Shown piece after piece: positions 1 to 8,796 of a stretch of 64,000 bases of DNA. The notes beneath the pieces were generated by a model. The model searched no databases. It worked only from the letters and a program-made list of their open reading frames with translations, and was not told the DNA's origin. Made by a program: the position numbers and the translations under genes. Source of the DNA: an uncultured delta proteobacterium (lineage in GTDB: Bacteria; Desulfobacterota; Syntrophorhabdia; Syntrophorhabdales; WCHB1-27); contig CAWEPK010000007.1 in assembly GCA_963810935.1 (NCBI GenBank), positions 32,001-96,000 of the forward strand. Direction: 5' to 3'. Within the stretch, counting starts at the first letter, position 1, and the number at the start of each line of letters is the position of its first letter.

Positions 1-385
1 TCTGCTCCGTCCCGACAGCCACCACATGGGCCGACTCGAAGGCCGCATGGCCCCTGTAAACGGTACATTTCTTCATGTTGGTCAACCACGCTTCGAGACC
101 GTCTCTCGACAGGGCCGACACATAGTCCTTGCGGGCCTTCGTCCGCTTCATGTCAACGGACACGGCGCCCGCGACCACGCCGAAGTCCGCGGCCCGTCTT
201 GCCAGGTGCGCAGCGTGGGCCGATGCTATCAGGGTTTTCGTAGGTATGCAGCCCGTGTTGACGCAGGTGCCGCCGAAAAGCTTACGCTCGATGACGGCCA
301 CGTCCATGCCGCTGCCGGTGAGGCGTCCCGCGAGCGAAGGCCCTGCCTGCCCGGTCCCGATGATAATAGCGTCGTATCTTTTCAT
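1..385 (-). CDS. FAD-dependent pyridine nucleotide-disulfide oxidoreductase (dihydrolipoamide dehydrogenase/mercuric reductase family), runs off the window
   Basis: Not in the ORF track. Manual translation from ATG at 385 gives MKRYDAIIIGTGQAG (GxGxxG) ... FGGTCVNTGCIPTK (redox CxxxxC); GGGAG RBS upstream. Confidence 0.85.
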   Translation of the reverse strand, partial: MKRYDAIIIGTGQAGPSLAGRLTGSGMDVAVIERKLFGGTCVNTGCIPTKTLIASAHAAHLARRAADFGVVAGAVSVDMKRTKARKDYVSALSRDGLEAWLTNMKKCTVYRGHAAFESAHVVAVGTEQ

Positions 386-440
386 CTGGTCTCCCGTATG
401 TAACATCGTAAGGGGAAGCTCAGGTGTCAAGGGGCGTAAG

Positions 441-1130
441 TTACTCCAGATAATATTTACGGATGGGCCGCAGGTCGTTGTCCAGTTCATATACCAGCGG
501 CACGCCCGTTGGGATTTCCACGCCGGGTATGTCCGCATCGGAGATGTTGTCGAGGTGCTTGACCAGACCGCGCAGGCTGTTGCCGTGGGCGGCGATCAGC
601 ACCCTCGTGCCTGCTGTGACGGCGGGGGCGATGGTTTCTTGCCAGTAAGGGAGGAAGCGCACTATCGTCTCCTTGAGCGATTCGGTCCTGGGGATATCGC
701 CGGGTGCGAGGTGTGCGTAGCGCGGGTCGTGCCCCGGCCAGCGTGGGTCGCCGGGGTCGAGGGCGGGCGGCGCAGTGTCGTAGCTCCTTCGCCAGATGCG
801 CACCTGCTCCGCGCCGTGGGTTTCTGCCGTCTCCGCCTTGTTGAGCCCCTGGAGTGCGCCGTAATGGCGCTCGTTGAGCCGCCAGCTATGCTGCACGGGT
901 ATCCACATCAGGTCCATCCCTTCGAGGACGATCCAGAGCGTCTTTATGGCCCGCTTGAGCACGGAGGTAAAGGCCGTGTCGAAAACGAAGCCTTCGCGGC
1001 TGAGCCTCTTTCCCGCCTGCACTGCCTCCTGCACGCCCTTCTCGCTCAGGCCCACGTCCGTCCAGCCGGTGAAACGGTTCTCCGCGTTCCAGGCGCTCAT
1101 CCCGTGACGGAGCAGCACGAGCCTTTTCAT
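441..1130 (-). CDS. gpmA: 2,3-bisphosphoglycerate-dependent phosphoglycerate mutase
   Basis: [31 protein letters not shown] and AHGNSLR motifs; AGGAGG 6 nt before ATG 1130. Confidence 0.95.
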   Translation of the reverse strand: MKRLVLLRHGMSAWNAENRFTGWTDVGLSEKGVQEAVQAGKRLSREGFVFDTAFTSVLKRAIKTLWIVLEGMDLMWIPVQHSWRLNERHYGALQGLNKAETAETHGAEQVRIWRRSYDTAPPALDPGDPRWPGHDPRYAHLAPGDIPRTESLKETIVRFLPYWQETIAPAVTAGTRVLIAAHGNSLRGLVKHLDNISDADIPGVEIPTGVPLVYELDNDLRPIRKYYLE

Positions 1131-1427
1131 TCGCATCCTCCTTGCGCTTTTCGCGCTGCGGGCAGGGCCGCACGTCCGGCCGGCCTTTGAGCCGGTCGCA
1201 GCCCGACCACAAATTTATCATAATGCCCGGCAGGCTTTTCCGCCAAATTACCGGCGTGACCGTGTGAGGCGGTCCTTTGCCCGTTATTAATAATTGTCTA
1301 GCAGTTAATGATTTTTGACAAGCGGTTATTTTTAACTTGCATCCGCGCAACCCATATGGTATTTAAATCACTAATGTTAGCTTGTCTTCATCATGTGTAA
1401 CACTCTCAACAGGAAGGAGGGGGACAT

Positions 1428-1499
1428 ATGAGAATCAGGGCCGTCTTTTTTTTGATCGTGATCGTTATCGCAGTGGCGTTTATTATCACCAACGGATAA
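1428..1499 (+). CDS. Small hydrophobic single-TM peptide, 23 aa (MRIRAVFFLIVIVIAVAFIITNG)
   Basis: AGGAGG RBS upstream, basic N-terminus then a hydrophobic run, followed by a terminator hairpin. Confidence 0.55.
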   Translation: MRIRAVFFLIVIVIAVAFIITNG

Positions 1500-1510
1500 A
1501 GTCGCTGCGC

Positions 1511-1549
1511 AAAAAAAATCCCCGGAGCCGCCCGGCGCCGGGGATTTTG
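1511..1549. terminator. Bidirectional intrinsic terminator between the small ORF and hsp20
   Basis: A-tract, ATCCCCGG...CCGGGGAT stem, T-tract. Confidence 0.8.
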
Positions 1550-1551
1550 AG

Positions 1552-2037
1552 TTAAGCGGTTATCGGCACTTTGTGTGCCTCCTTCACCGCCTTCTCGGTT
1601 TTCGGCAGCGTCACCGTGAGGACGCCGTTCTTGTACGCGGCCTCGATTTTTTCGGCGTCTACCGTATCGGGCAGCGCGATCTCGCGCGAGAAGCACCCAT
1701 ACGAGCGCTCGACGTGGTGATAGTCCGTCTCCTTCTCTTCCTTCTCGACCTTTTTCTCACCGCTGATGGTGAGCATGCCGTTCCGGACGGAGACGTCTAT
1801 ATCCTCCCGGTTCATGCCGGGCATCTCGGCGCTGATCTCGATGCTCTTCCCTTTCTCCTTGATGTCTATCGTCGGAGAGAACAAGCCCCTTACCTCGGGG
1901 GCAACGTAGCTCACCAAAGAACCCCCGAAAACTTCGTCAAAGAGGCTGTCCATCCTTCTCTCGAAGTCGGAGAAGAACCGGTCGTCTCTCCGGAGGTCCA
2001 ACGGCCTTTCTTCATATCGTCTGAGTGAGAGTTCCAT
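1552..2037 (-). CDS. Hsp20/alpha-crystallin small heat-shock protein
   Basis: PTIDIKE, AEMPG, ERSYGCFSREIALP and AAYKNGVLTVTLPK motifs. Confidence 0.95.
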   Translation of the reverse strand: MELSLRRYEERPLDLRRDDRFFSDFERRMDSLFDEVFGGSLVSYVAPEVRGLFSPTIDIKEKGKSIEISAEMPGMNREDIDVSVRNGMLTISGEKKVEKEEKETDYHHVERSYGCFSREIALPDTVDAEKIEAAYKNGVLTVTLPKTEKAVKEAHKVPITA

Positions 2038-2110
2038 AGTACACCTCGCTGATCCATTATGTCAGGCCCATCGCCTGACACCCTTCTCCAACTCCTACTT
2101 CCGTTGGAGG

Positions 2111-2135
2111 GGACTTAAACCTTAAGTTTAAGTCC
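2111..2135. promoter_or_regulatory. Dyad operator just downstream of the hsp20 sigma70-like promoter
   Basis: Perfect 10-bp arms GGACTTAAAC-N5-GTTTAAGTCC; TTGACA-16-TATAGT immediately upstream on the minus strand. Confidence 0.6.
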
Positions 2136-2284
2136 AAGGGACTATAATCCGCGTCTTAGCTTTGTCAAGAGTGACGCAAGAGGGAGCCGGGGATGCGCTG
2201 TAAATCTGCATCGCCCTTGCTATACTCCATATAGAGGGGTATAATATATACATATAAAGTGTATGTAATATAAGGGGGTATTAA

Positions 2285-2527
2285 ATGGGCCAGGGTGCAC
2301 GCAAAATGAACTTCCTTATAGAGAAGGATGTGGAGCAGGAGATGGAGCGCCTGGTGCCTCCCGGCAAGAGGAGCAAGGTAGTTAATGAAGCTTTGCGAAG
2401 GCAATTGGAGCTGATGCGAAGGAAATCGGCTGTTGGCGATCTGCTTGCCGAGCCGTCCCTCGGCTACCGCACGTTGAGCACCGCCGCCATCGTAGACCAA
2501 CTTTCCAGGGACAGGGAGGGTCACTGA
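2285..2527 (+). CDS. Putative VapB-like (ribbon-helix-helix) antitoxin
   Basis: 80 aa, KMNFLIE...KRSKVVNEALRR RHH-like pattern; stop overlaps the PIN gene start (TGATG). Confidence 0.7.
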   Translation: MGQGARKMNFLIEKDVEQEMERLVPPGKRSKVVNEALRRQLELMRRKSAVGDLLAEPSLGYRTLSTAAIVDQLSRDREGH

Positions 2528-2946
2528 TGGCCGCGTACGTGGTTGACGCCTCCGTAATCCTCAAATGGGTCCTGGGCGACGCCAAAGAGCCGGACCAGGA
2601 AGCGGCCGTCAAGTTGCTCAAGGGGTGGGCCGACGGCACGGACAGCCTTGCGGCCCCGGCGCTTTGGGAGTATGAGGCAGCAAATCTTCTCGGCCGGGAG
2701 TTCCCCGACGAGGCCGAAAAAATGATGGAAATGCTCCGCCGTCTCGAAATAAAGACCGTGCCCCTGACAGACGCGATGATCAAAAGATGCTTCCACTGGA
2801 TGAAGACGCAGAAAGTGACGTTCTACGATGCCTCCTACCTCACCATAGCCGTCGAGACAGGTGCAACCCTTATAACCGCAGACGACAAATTCGTGAAGAA
2901 GATGGGGAAGGGTGAGGCGATCATGACGTTGAAAGAATTGATGTAG
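2527..2946 (+). CDS. vapC: PIN-domain VapC-family toxin
   Basis: YVVDASVILKW, YEAAN, TFYDASYL and LITADDK acidic PIN motifs. Confidence 0.9.
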   Translation: MAAYVVDASVILKWVLGDAKEPDQEAAVKLLKGWADGTDSLAAPALWEYEAANLLGREFPDEAEKMMEMLRRLEIKTVPLTDAMIKRCFHWMKTQKVTFYDASYLTIAVETGATLITADDKFVKKMGKGEAIMTLKELM

Positions 2947-3033
2947 GGCCGGATCGCATCGCGCGACGGAAATCTTTTTGACATAGAAAATAGATTCTCC
3001 TATGCTATCTATGTACATGGGAATACTAATCAT

Positions 3034-3324
3034 ATGAGAAAGAGAGAGATATTAGACATCATTAGGAGCGCCAAGCCGGAGGTGAAGGGCCGATACGGGG
3101 TCGAGCGGCTTGGCCTGTTCGGCTCCTATTTGAGAGAGACGCAACGAAAGAGAAGCGATGTTGACATCCTCGTGACGTTCAGCCGTGACATAGACCTGTT
3201 TGACTTTCTGGACCTCCGCGAATACCTCGAAAGCCGCTTGCACGCAAAGGTCGATCTTGTCATGGAGTCAGCCCTCAAGCCCGCCATCGGAAAACGCATC
3301 CTCGCCGAGGTCGAATATGTTTAA
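3034..3324 (+). CDS. Minimal nucleotidyltransferase (MNT/MntA-like antitoxin)
   Basis: LFGSY...SDVDILV (GSx10DxD) and KVDLV; TTGACA-17-TATGCT promoter upstream. Confidence 0.9.
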   Translation: MRKREILDIIRSAKPEVKGRYGVERLGLFGSYLRETQRKRSDVDILVTFSRDIDLFDFLDLREYLESRLHAKVDLVMESALKPAIGKRILAEVEYV

Positions 3325-3670
3325 GGGGCGCGACGCAGCCGATTACCTGACAGATATCCTGACTGCCATCGCCGAGGTCGAGGAGTTTACTCGCGGCATG
3401 TCCTACGAGACATTTGCAGCAGATAAGAAAACCGTCAACGCTGTCATCAGAAGCCTTGAAGTCCTTGGGGAAGCCGCCAAGAAGATACCGGCACCATTCC
3501 GCCGCAAGCATCCCGACGTCCCCTGGAGCAAAATGGCCGGTATGCGGGACGTCCTCATTCACGATTACATGGGCGTTGACCTCAAAACGGTTTGGAAAGT
3601 AGCGCAAGAGCGCCTGCCGGAACTAAGGGCTTTGCTCTCAGGGCCGGACCCGGAAGAAGGGGATTTGTGA
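3317..3670 (+). CDS. HEPN (DUF86/HepT-like) RNase toxin
   Basis: ATG 3317 overlaps the MNT stop; LEVLGEA, PDVPW and RDVLIHDY (Rx4H) motifs. Confidence 0.9.
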   Translation: MFKGRDAADYLTDILTAIAEVEEFTRGMSYETFAADKKTVNAVIRSLEVLGEAAKKIPAPFRRKHPDVPWSKMAGMRDVLIHDYMGVDLKTVWKVAQERLPELRALLSGPDPEEGDL

Positions 3671-3728
3671 TCGGCAAGGTGGAACAAACGGCTAAGCTGT
3701 TCTGACCGGTCCAGGACGATGACGAACG

Positions 3729-4445
3729 GTGAATAGACAAGACATAATTAACGAGATAAAGAGAACCGCCGAGACAAATGGTGGTAGTCCGTTTGGGAGC
3801 CGGAGGTTCGCGGTTGAGACGGGAATCTGTGAATCTGATTGGAACGGGAAATATTGGGCGAGATGGAGCGATGCCCTTGTTGAAGCAGGATACACACCCA
3901 ACACGTTGCAATCTTCCTACGATGACGAATGGGTGATTGGAAAGCTTGTTTGCTTGATAAGAGAGTTGGGGAGATTCCCATCGGACGCGGATTTGCGATT
4001 GAAGGCAACGCAAGATAAGAATTTCCCAAGCGTAAGACCCTTTAGACGCTTGGGAAACAAGGCCGAACTTATTGAGAAGACCATCGGATATTGCGAGATC
4101 GTGAGTGAACTTAATGATGTCTTGAGCATCTGCCGTGCACTCGAAGGCGTGCGCTCTGAACCAGATATCTCGTCACAAAGCCAGCAGGATGTGGGGTATG
4201 TCTACCTCATGAAGTCAGGAAAACATTACAAGATCGGTCGAACCGCCGCTCTGGGTAGGCGGGAGTATGAAATACGGATTCAGCTGCCAGACAAACTGAC
4301 AACAGTCCATACCATAAAGACTGATGATCCGGCAGGCATTGAGGCGTATTGGCATAATCGATTCCGGGATAGAAGAAAAAACGGTGAATGGTTTGAGCTC
4401 ACTGCTGGCGACGTTAGTGCTTTCAAAAGACGCAAATTCATGTAA
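3729..4445 (+). CDS. GIY-YIG (T5orf172/MUG113-like) nuclease with N-terminal helical repeats
   Basis: GYVYLMK, YKIGRT, IEAYWHNRF and GEWFEL; visibly lower GC than its flanks. Confidence 0.8.
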   Translation: MNRQDIINEIKRTAETNGGSPFGSRRFAVETGICESDWNGKYWARWSDALVEAGYTPNTLQSSYDDEWVIGKLVCLIRELGRFPSDADLRLKATQDKNFPSVRPFRRLGNKAELIEKTIGYCEIVSELNDVLSICRALEGVRSEPDISSQSQQDVGYVYLMKSGKHYKIGRTAALGRREYEIRIQLPDKLTTVHTIKTDDPAGIEAYWHNRFRDRRKNGEWFELTAGDVSAFKRRKFM

Positions 4446-4719
4446 CATGCCCTATGGATCGCGACGAGATAGTAAGCCATGCTAGTTAATTGCCGCTGGT
4501 CAGAAGAGTAGTGTAATATAAAGTAAAATGTAAGTTGTTTCTTCTCGGTCGGAGAGATTTTTAGATTTTCCGTTATTTTTCGAAGGCACCCGATGAGATA
4601 GTACATTTGGGAGTACATCGAGGAGGTGCGCCGAGAAAATGGCGGAAAAGGCGCGAAAACACCCCGGCCGCCCTCATATGAGAATGAGGATTTGTAAGCG
4701 TACGCAGTCGTGCGTGTGT

Positions 4720-5301
4720 TTATAAATCTTCATTCTCCCAAACTATACGCTGGGATAATGCGTGGTCCCGTCCGACCCTCTTGGCTGCTGCCATGCCTGC
4801 GCGCAGGGCTTCGCGGTTGAGGTTTTCGGTGCCCTTCGGCACGCGGGCCACTACCGCCTTTTCGAGTGCCCCTTTGGAGACGCAGTTCGTTATTGCCCCC
4901 AGCGCGCCGAGGGCCACTATGTTGGCGGCCATCTCTTTGCCTAACTTTTCGCGGGCGATACGGGTGAACGGTATGGCGAAGATTTCGGGCACGGGGAATT
5001 GCGTCACGAACGTCGAATCGACGATGAGGGTACCGTCGTCTTTGAGGTCGTGGTAATACTGGTCGCATGATTTCTGGCTCATGGCGAGCAGCACGTCAAG
5101 CCGCAGCGCCTTAGGATAGTCGATCTCTTCGTCGCTGACTACGACCTCGGCGCGGCTCGACCCGCCCCTCGCCTCGGGCCCGTAACTCTGCGTCTGGGCG
5201 ACGCACTTGCCGTCATATATGCCTATGGCCTCGCCCAGAATGATGCCCATGACGATGATGCCCTGGCCGCCTGTGCCGGAAAGCCTTATGTCGTACCGCA
5301 A
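4720..5301 (-). CDS. korC: 2-oxoacid:ferredoxin oxidoreductase gamma subunit
   Basis: SGTGGQG, QSYGPEARGGSS and ANIVALGA motifs. Confidence 0.9.
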   Translation of the reverse strand: MRYDIRLSGTGGQGIIVMGIILGEAIGIYDGKCVAQTQSYGPEARGGSSRAEVVVSDEEIDYPKALRLDVLLAMSQKSCDQYYHDLKDDGTLIVDSTFVTQFPVPEIFAIPFTRIAREKLGKEMAANIVALGALGAITNCVSKGALEKAVVARVPKGTENLNREALRAGMAAAKRVGRDHALSQRIVWENEDL

Positions 5302-5360
5302 CCGCTAAAACCCCCTATTTATGTTCTGCCCGGCGGACTTCGTTCGGGCCGCCGGTCTTC

Positions 5361-5397
5361 ACCCTCACCCAGCCCTCTCCCCTCAAGGGAGAGGGAA
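5361..5397. repeat. REP-like palindrome inside the kor operon
   Basis: CCCTCACCCAGCCCTCTCCC-TCAA-GGGAGAGGG, a common REP-type hairpin, in the korB-korC spacer. Confidence 0.55.
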
Positions 5398-5507
5398 ATC
5401 AGGCTTGCCTGCCGTTTTTCTCCGCCTGCGCAATTATTGGGGATAGCGTCGCCCCCTCCACGAGCGAAGCTCGTAGAGCCTCCCCCTCATAAAAAGGAAG
5501 AAACATT

Positions 5508-6374
5508 TTATCCTTTCGCATGTTCTTTCTCCGCCTGCTCCCGTGCCCGCTCCCTTATCTTTTGATACTCTTCCTCGTATACAGGCATCTCCCTGTCGAC
5601 CAGGATGCCGGTGAGGAACTTGTCGGGGGGCGGCGGGGCAGGGCATTCCGCAGAGCCCGCCCTGATAGCCTGCTCCACGGGGTAGGCGTGGTCCCGCTGC
5701 CATTCCAGCATCTGCACCGCGCCGCCCATTTTATTGAGCTTGCCATATTGCGTGTGGCAGTGCGATATGACCTCGACGACGGAGAAGCCCGTCTTGTGGA
5801 AGGCCGCCTCCATCAGGTTTGCGAGCTGGTTCGCATGGTAGACCGTACCGCGCGCAACGAAGGAGGCGCCGGCCGTCACGGCAAGCTCCGATATCTTAAA
5901 GGCGTGTTCTACGTTTGCGTACGCGGTCGTGGTCGATCGCATCCCGTAGGGCGTCGTAGGCGAGTACTGGCCGCCCGTCATGCCGTAAATACTGTTGTTG
6001 ACGACCAGTGCGGTCATGTCGATATTGCGCCGCGCCGCGTGGATGAAATGGTTGCCGCCTATGGCCACCGCGTCGCCGTCCCCCATGATGACGATCACCT
6101 TGAGGCGGGGCTTGGCGAGCTTGACGCCCGTGGCGAACGTGAGGGCGCGGCCGTGGGTCGTGTGGAGCGTGTTGAAATCGACGTAGACGGGGAGGCGGCT
6201 CGAGCAGCCGATGCCGGAGACGAGCACGATGTCGTCCTTCTCGAAACCCGTCCTGTCGATGGCGCGGATGAGCGCGCCGAGCATTATGCCTATGCCGCAT
6301 CCGGGGCACCAGACGTGGGGGAACTTCTTGTCGTGGCGGAGGTACTTATGGATCAGCTTCGTGATATCGGCCAT
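5508..6374 (-). CDS. korB: 2-oxoacid:ferredoxin oxidoreductase beta subunit (TPP-binding)
   Basis: True start MADITK at 6374; WCPGCG, SGIGCS, GDGD...NN...YGMTGGQ motifs. Confidence 0.92.
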   Translation of the reverse strand: MADITKLIHKYLRHDKKFPHVWCPGCGIGIMLGALIRAIDRTGFEKDDIVLVSGIGCSSRLPVYVDFNTLHTTHGRALTFATGVKLAKPRLKVIVIMGDGDAVAIGGNHFIHAARRNIDMTALVVNNSIYGMTGGQYSPTTPYGMRSTTTAYANVEHAFKISELAVTAGASFVARGTVYHANQLANLMEAAFHKTGFSVVEVISHCHTQYGKLNKMGGAVQMLEWQRDHAYPVEQAIRAGSAECPAPPPPDKFLTGILVDREMPVYEEEYQKIRERAREQAEKEHAKG

Positions 6375-7577
6375 CACCGCACCTCCATCACGGCCCTGAG
6401 TATCTCGTCGGGCGTTATCATCGTGCCGTCGACCTTGCTGAGGCGCTTCACGTAGCTCTTGCCTTCGTTCACGCGCTTTACCTCGCGCGATATCTGCCCC
6501 ATGTTCATCTCCGGGACGACGACCGCCTTGCACTGGCCGAGCACCTCCTCGACTGCGGCCCGCATGAAAGGCCAGATCGTCAGGAGCTTCAGGAGGCCCG
6601 CCTTGATGCCGCGCTCCCGCGCCTCGATAACGGCCCTCTTGGCGGAGCGCGCCACGGACCCATACGCGATGATGCCGATTTCGGCGTCTTCCATCATGTA
6701 GAGCTCGCCCTTGTGGATGTCGGCCATGCTCTGGCTGATCTTCCTGAAAAGGCGAGCGATGAAGGGGCCGATCTCGTCGGGCCGCTCGGTAGGGAAGCCG
6801 CGCACGTCGTGCGTGAGACCCGTCACGTGGTAGCGGTAGCCTTCGCCGAAGTCGGCCATGGCGGGCACCCCGGACGGCGTATCTTCGTAAGGCACGTACC
6901 ATTCGGGCGGCACCTTCGGCTTGACCCTGTTGACGATCTTGACGGCGTCGCTGTCCGCCGGCGGCAGCACCACTTTTTCGCGCATGTGGGCGACGACCTC
7001 ATCGAGCAGAAGGATGACGGGGTTCCTGAACCGCTCCGCAAGGTTGAAGGCGCGCACGGTCAGGCTCGAAGCATTCAAGGACGGTGGACGGCGCCAGCGC
7101 GATGACGGGGTGATCGCCGTGCGTCCCCCAGCGCGCCTGCATCACGTCCCCCTGGGCGGGAAGCGTGGGTAGCCCCGTAGACGGCCCTCCGCGCATGACG
7201 TTGGCAACTACGCATGGCACCTCCGCCATCACAGCGAAGCCGAGGTTCTCCTGCATGAGCGAGAATCCGGGGCCGGAGGTGGCGGTCATCGACTTGACGC
7301 CTGCCAGCGACGCGCCGATGATCGCGCCCATGCTCGCTATCTCGTCCTCCATCTGGATGAATGTGCCGCGTTCGGCGGGCAGCCTGACAGAGAGTATCTC
7401 CGATATCTCCGTCGCGGGCGTAATCGGGTAGCCCGCGAAAAACCGGCACCCGGCGCGCAGCGCGCCCTCTACGATTGCCTCGTTCCCCTGGAGGAGCACT
7501 TCATTTTGCGGTTTGTGGTTTTTGTGATTGCGATTGCCCGGTACGCCCGGGCTGCGCTGGTTGCCCACCTTCTTCAC
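6374..7577 (-). CDS. korA: 2-oxoacid:ferredoxin oxidoreductase alpha subunit, +1 frameshift near 7063
   Basis: GNEA, AGYPITPATE, EDEIAS and TSGPG in ORF 6999-7658 continue into ORF 6374-7078 if one C is removed (ECFE-LTVRAFNLAE). Confidence 0.88.
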
Positions 7578-7912
7578 GACGCGCCCCCTTTGCCGTTGCC
7601 TTCGGAAGAGCCGCCGCCGTCCGCTTGCGGGGAGCCCTGGGCGCCATTGGGGGCGCACGAGTCATCATCTTCCCTGTTCTCCGCTATGGTGATGGCGAAG
7701 TCGGGGCAGCGCAGCTCGCATAGGCCGCAGCGGCCGCAAAGCGACGGGTCTTTGACGTAGGGCGCGCCCGTCTCGTCGAGGGCGAGGGCCTTCTTCGGGC
7801 AGAAGGCTACGCAAATGCCGCAGCCCTTGCACCAGCCTTTGAAGATATCGATGCGCGGAGGGGGCGTCTTCGTTTTGTCGGGTGTTTTATGCCTGGCGGA
7901 ACGCTCAACCAT
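7574..7912 (-). CDS. korD: 2[4Fe-4S] ferredoxin, oxidoreductase delta subunit
   Basis: CKGCGICVAFCP and CGRCGLCELRCP. Confidence 0.9.
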   Translation of the reverse strand: MVERSARHKTPDKTKTPPPRIDIFKGWCKGCGICVAFCPKKALALDETGAPYVKDPSLCGRCGLCELRCPDFAITIAENREDDDSCAPNGAQGSPQADGGGSSEGNGKGGAS

Positions 7913-8086
7913 GTCCCTAGTATTATCGCACTTTCCGGCCAGTAGTCAAATAAAGGGTTGGGACCATTTCGTGGCTTTCACCACACAAAGCACTCCAGGT
8001 CTTACGTCATTGCAAGCGGATATTGACATGGCCATATAATATGCCATACATTTGTATTGCCCATACACAGACGTCCAAGGTGCTCT

Positions 8087-8326
8087 ATGAAGAAGAAAAT
8101 AAGTTACACTGAGGGGCCTGTCGGCGAGCTTAAGGCGGTCAGGGACTTTTTGCCTTCCCCGGACCGGCTGGCGCTGAAAGAGGAGAACGTCAAGATCACC
8201 ATCTCGCTGAAGCAATCGAGCGTAGCCTTCTTCAAGGCACAGGCAAAAAAACACAAGACATCATATCAGAAGATGATAAGGGAGTTGGTAGACCGCTACG
8301 CCTCGCATTACAAGAAGAGCGCATAA
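8087..8326 (+). CDS. CopG/BrnA-like antitoxin (orphan)
   Basis: DFLPSP...KITISL...FFKAQA...SYQKMIRELV pattern typical of BrnA/CopG-type antitoxins. Confidence 0.75.
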   Translation: MKKKISYTEGPVGELKAVRDFLPSPDRLALKEENVKITISLKQSSVAFFKAQAKKHKTSYQKMIRELVDRYASHYKKSA

Positions 8327-8352
8327 TGGCGTAAAGCACTCTGCCGGCCCGC

Positions 8353-8796
8353 TCACAAATGCGCGATCTCTATCTCCGGGTATATTTCTTTGAAGTGCTC
8401 GGCGACGAGGCTGCGGTGGCAGTGCTCGGCGGTCGGCTCGGCGCAGAGCAGGCACGCATCCTTTAGGTCTGTAGCGGCGAACGTTGTTTTGACCGGCCTG
8501 CTCTCCAGCAGCTTCCTGAACCGCACCGTATACGCGGGCCAATCGACCTTTTTGTTCTGCCAGTCGTCGAGCAGCTCCGGTGACGGCGACAGGATGGTCT
8601 CGTGCGCATAGTCGCAGTTGCAGATGGTTTTCAGGAAGTATTTGAGGTCGTCGCGCTTGGCAAAGCCCGCGAGTTGCGATACGTTGTTCAGCCGGATGTC
8701 GATCACCCTCTTTATGCCCGCGCCCTTGATCTTGCTGAAAAAAGCCTCGGCGCTCTTCTTCGTGAAGCCGATTGTGAAGAGAGTTGTTTTAGCCAT
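8353..8796 (-). CDS. DUF488-family protein
   Basis: LFTIGFTKKSAEAFF, IDIRLNNVSQLAGFAK and LLCAE...CHR. Confidence 0.85.
   Translation of the reverse strand: MAKTTLFTIGFTKKSAEAFFSKIKGAGIKRVIDIRLNNVSQLAGFAKRDDLKYFLKTICNCDYAHETILSPSPELLDDWQNKKVDWPAYTVRFRKLLESRPVKTTFAATDLKDACLLCAEPTAEHCHRSLVAEHFKEIYPEIEIAHL

Noticed and set aside
129..1190. Long antisense/alternate-frame ORFs (e.g. 129-1190, 18279-19712, 27237-28796, 29475-30824, 50306-51406)
   Set aside because: Shadows of well-supported genes on the other strand in GC-rich DNA; no motifs or RBS.
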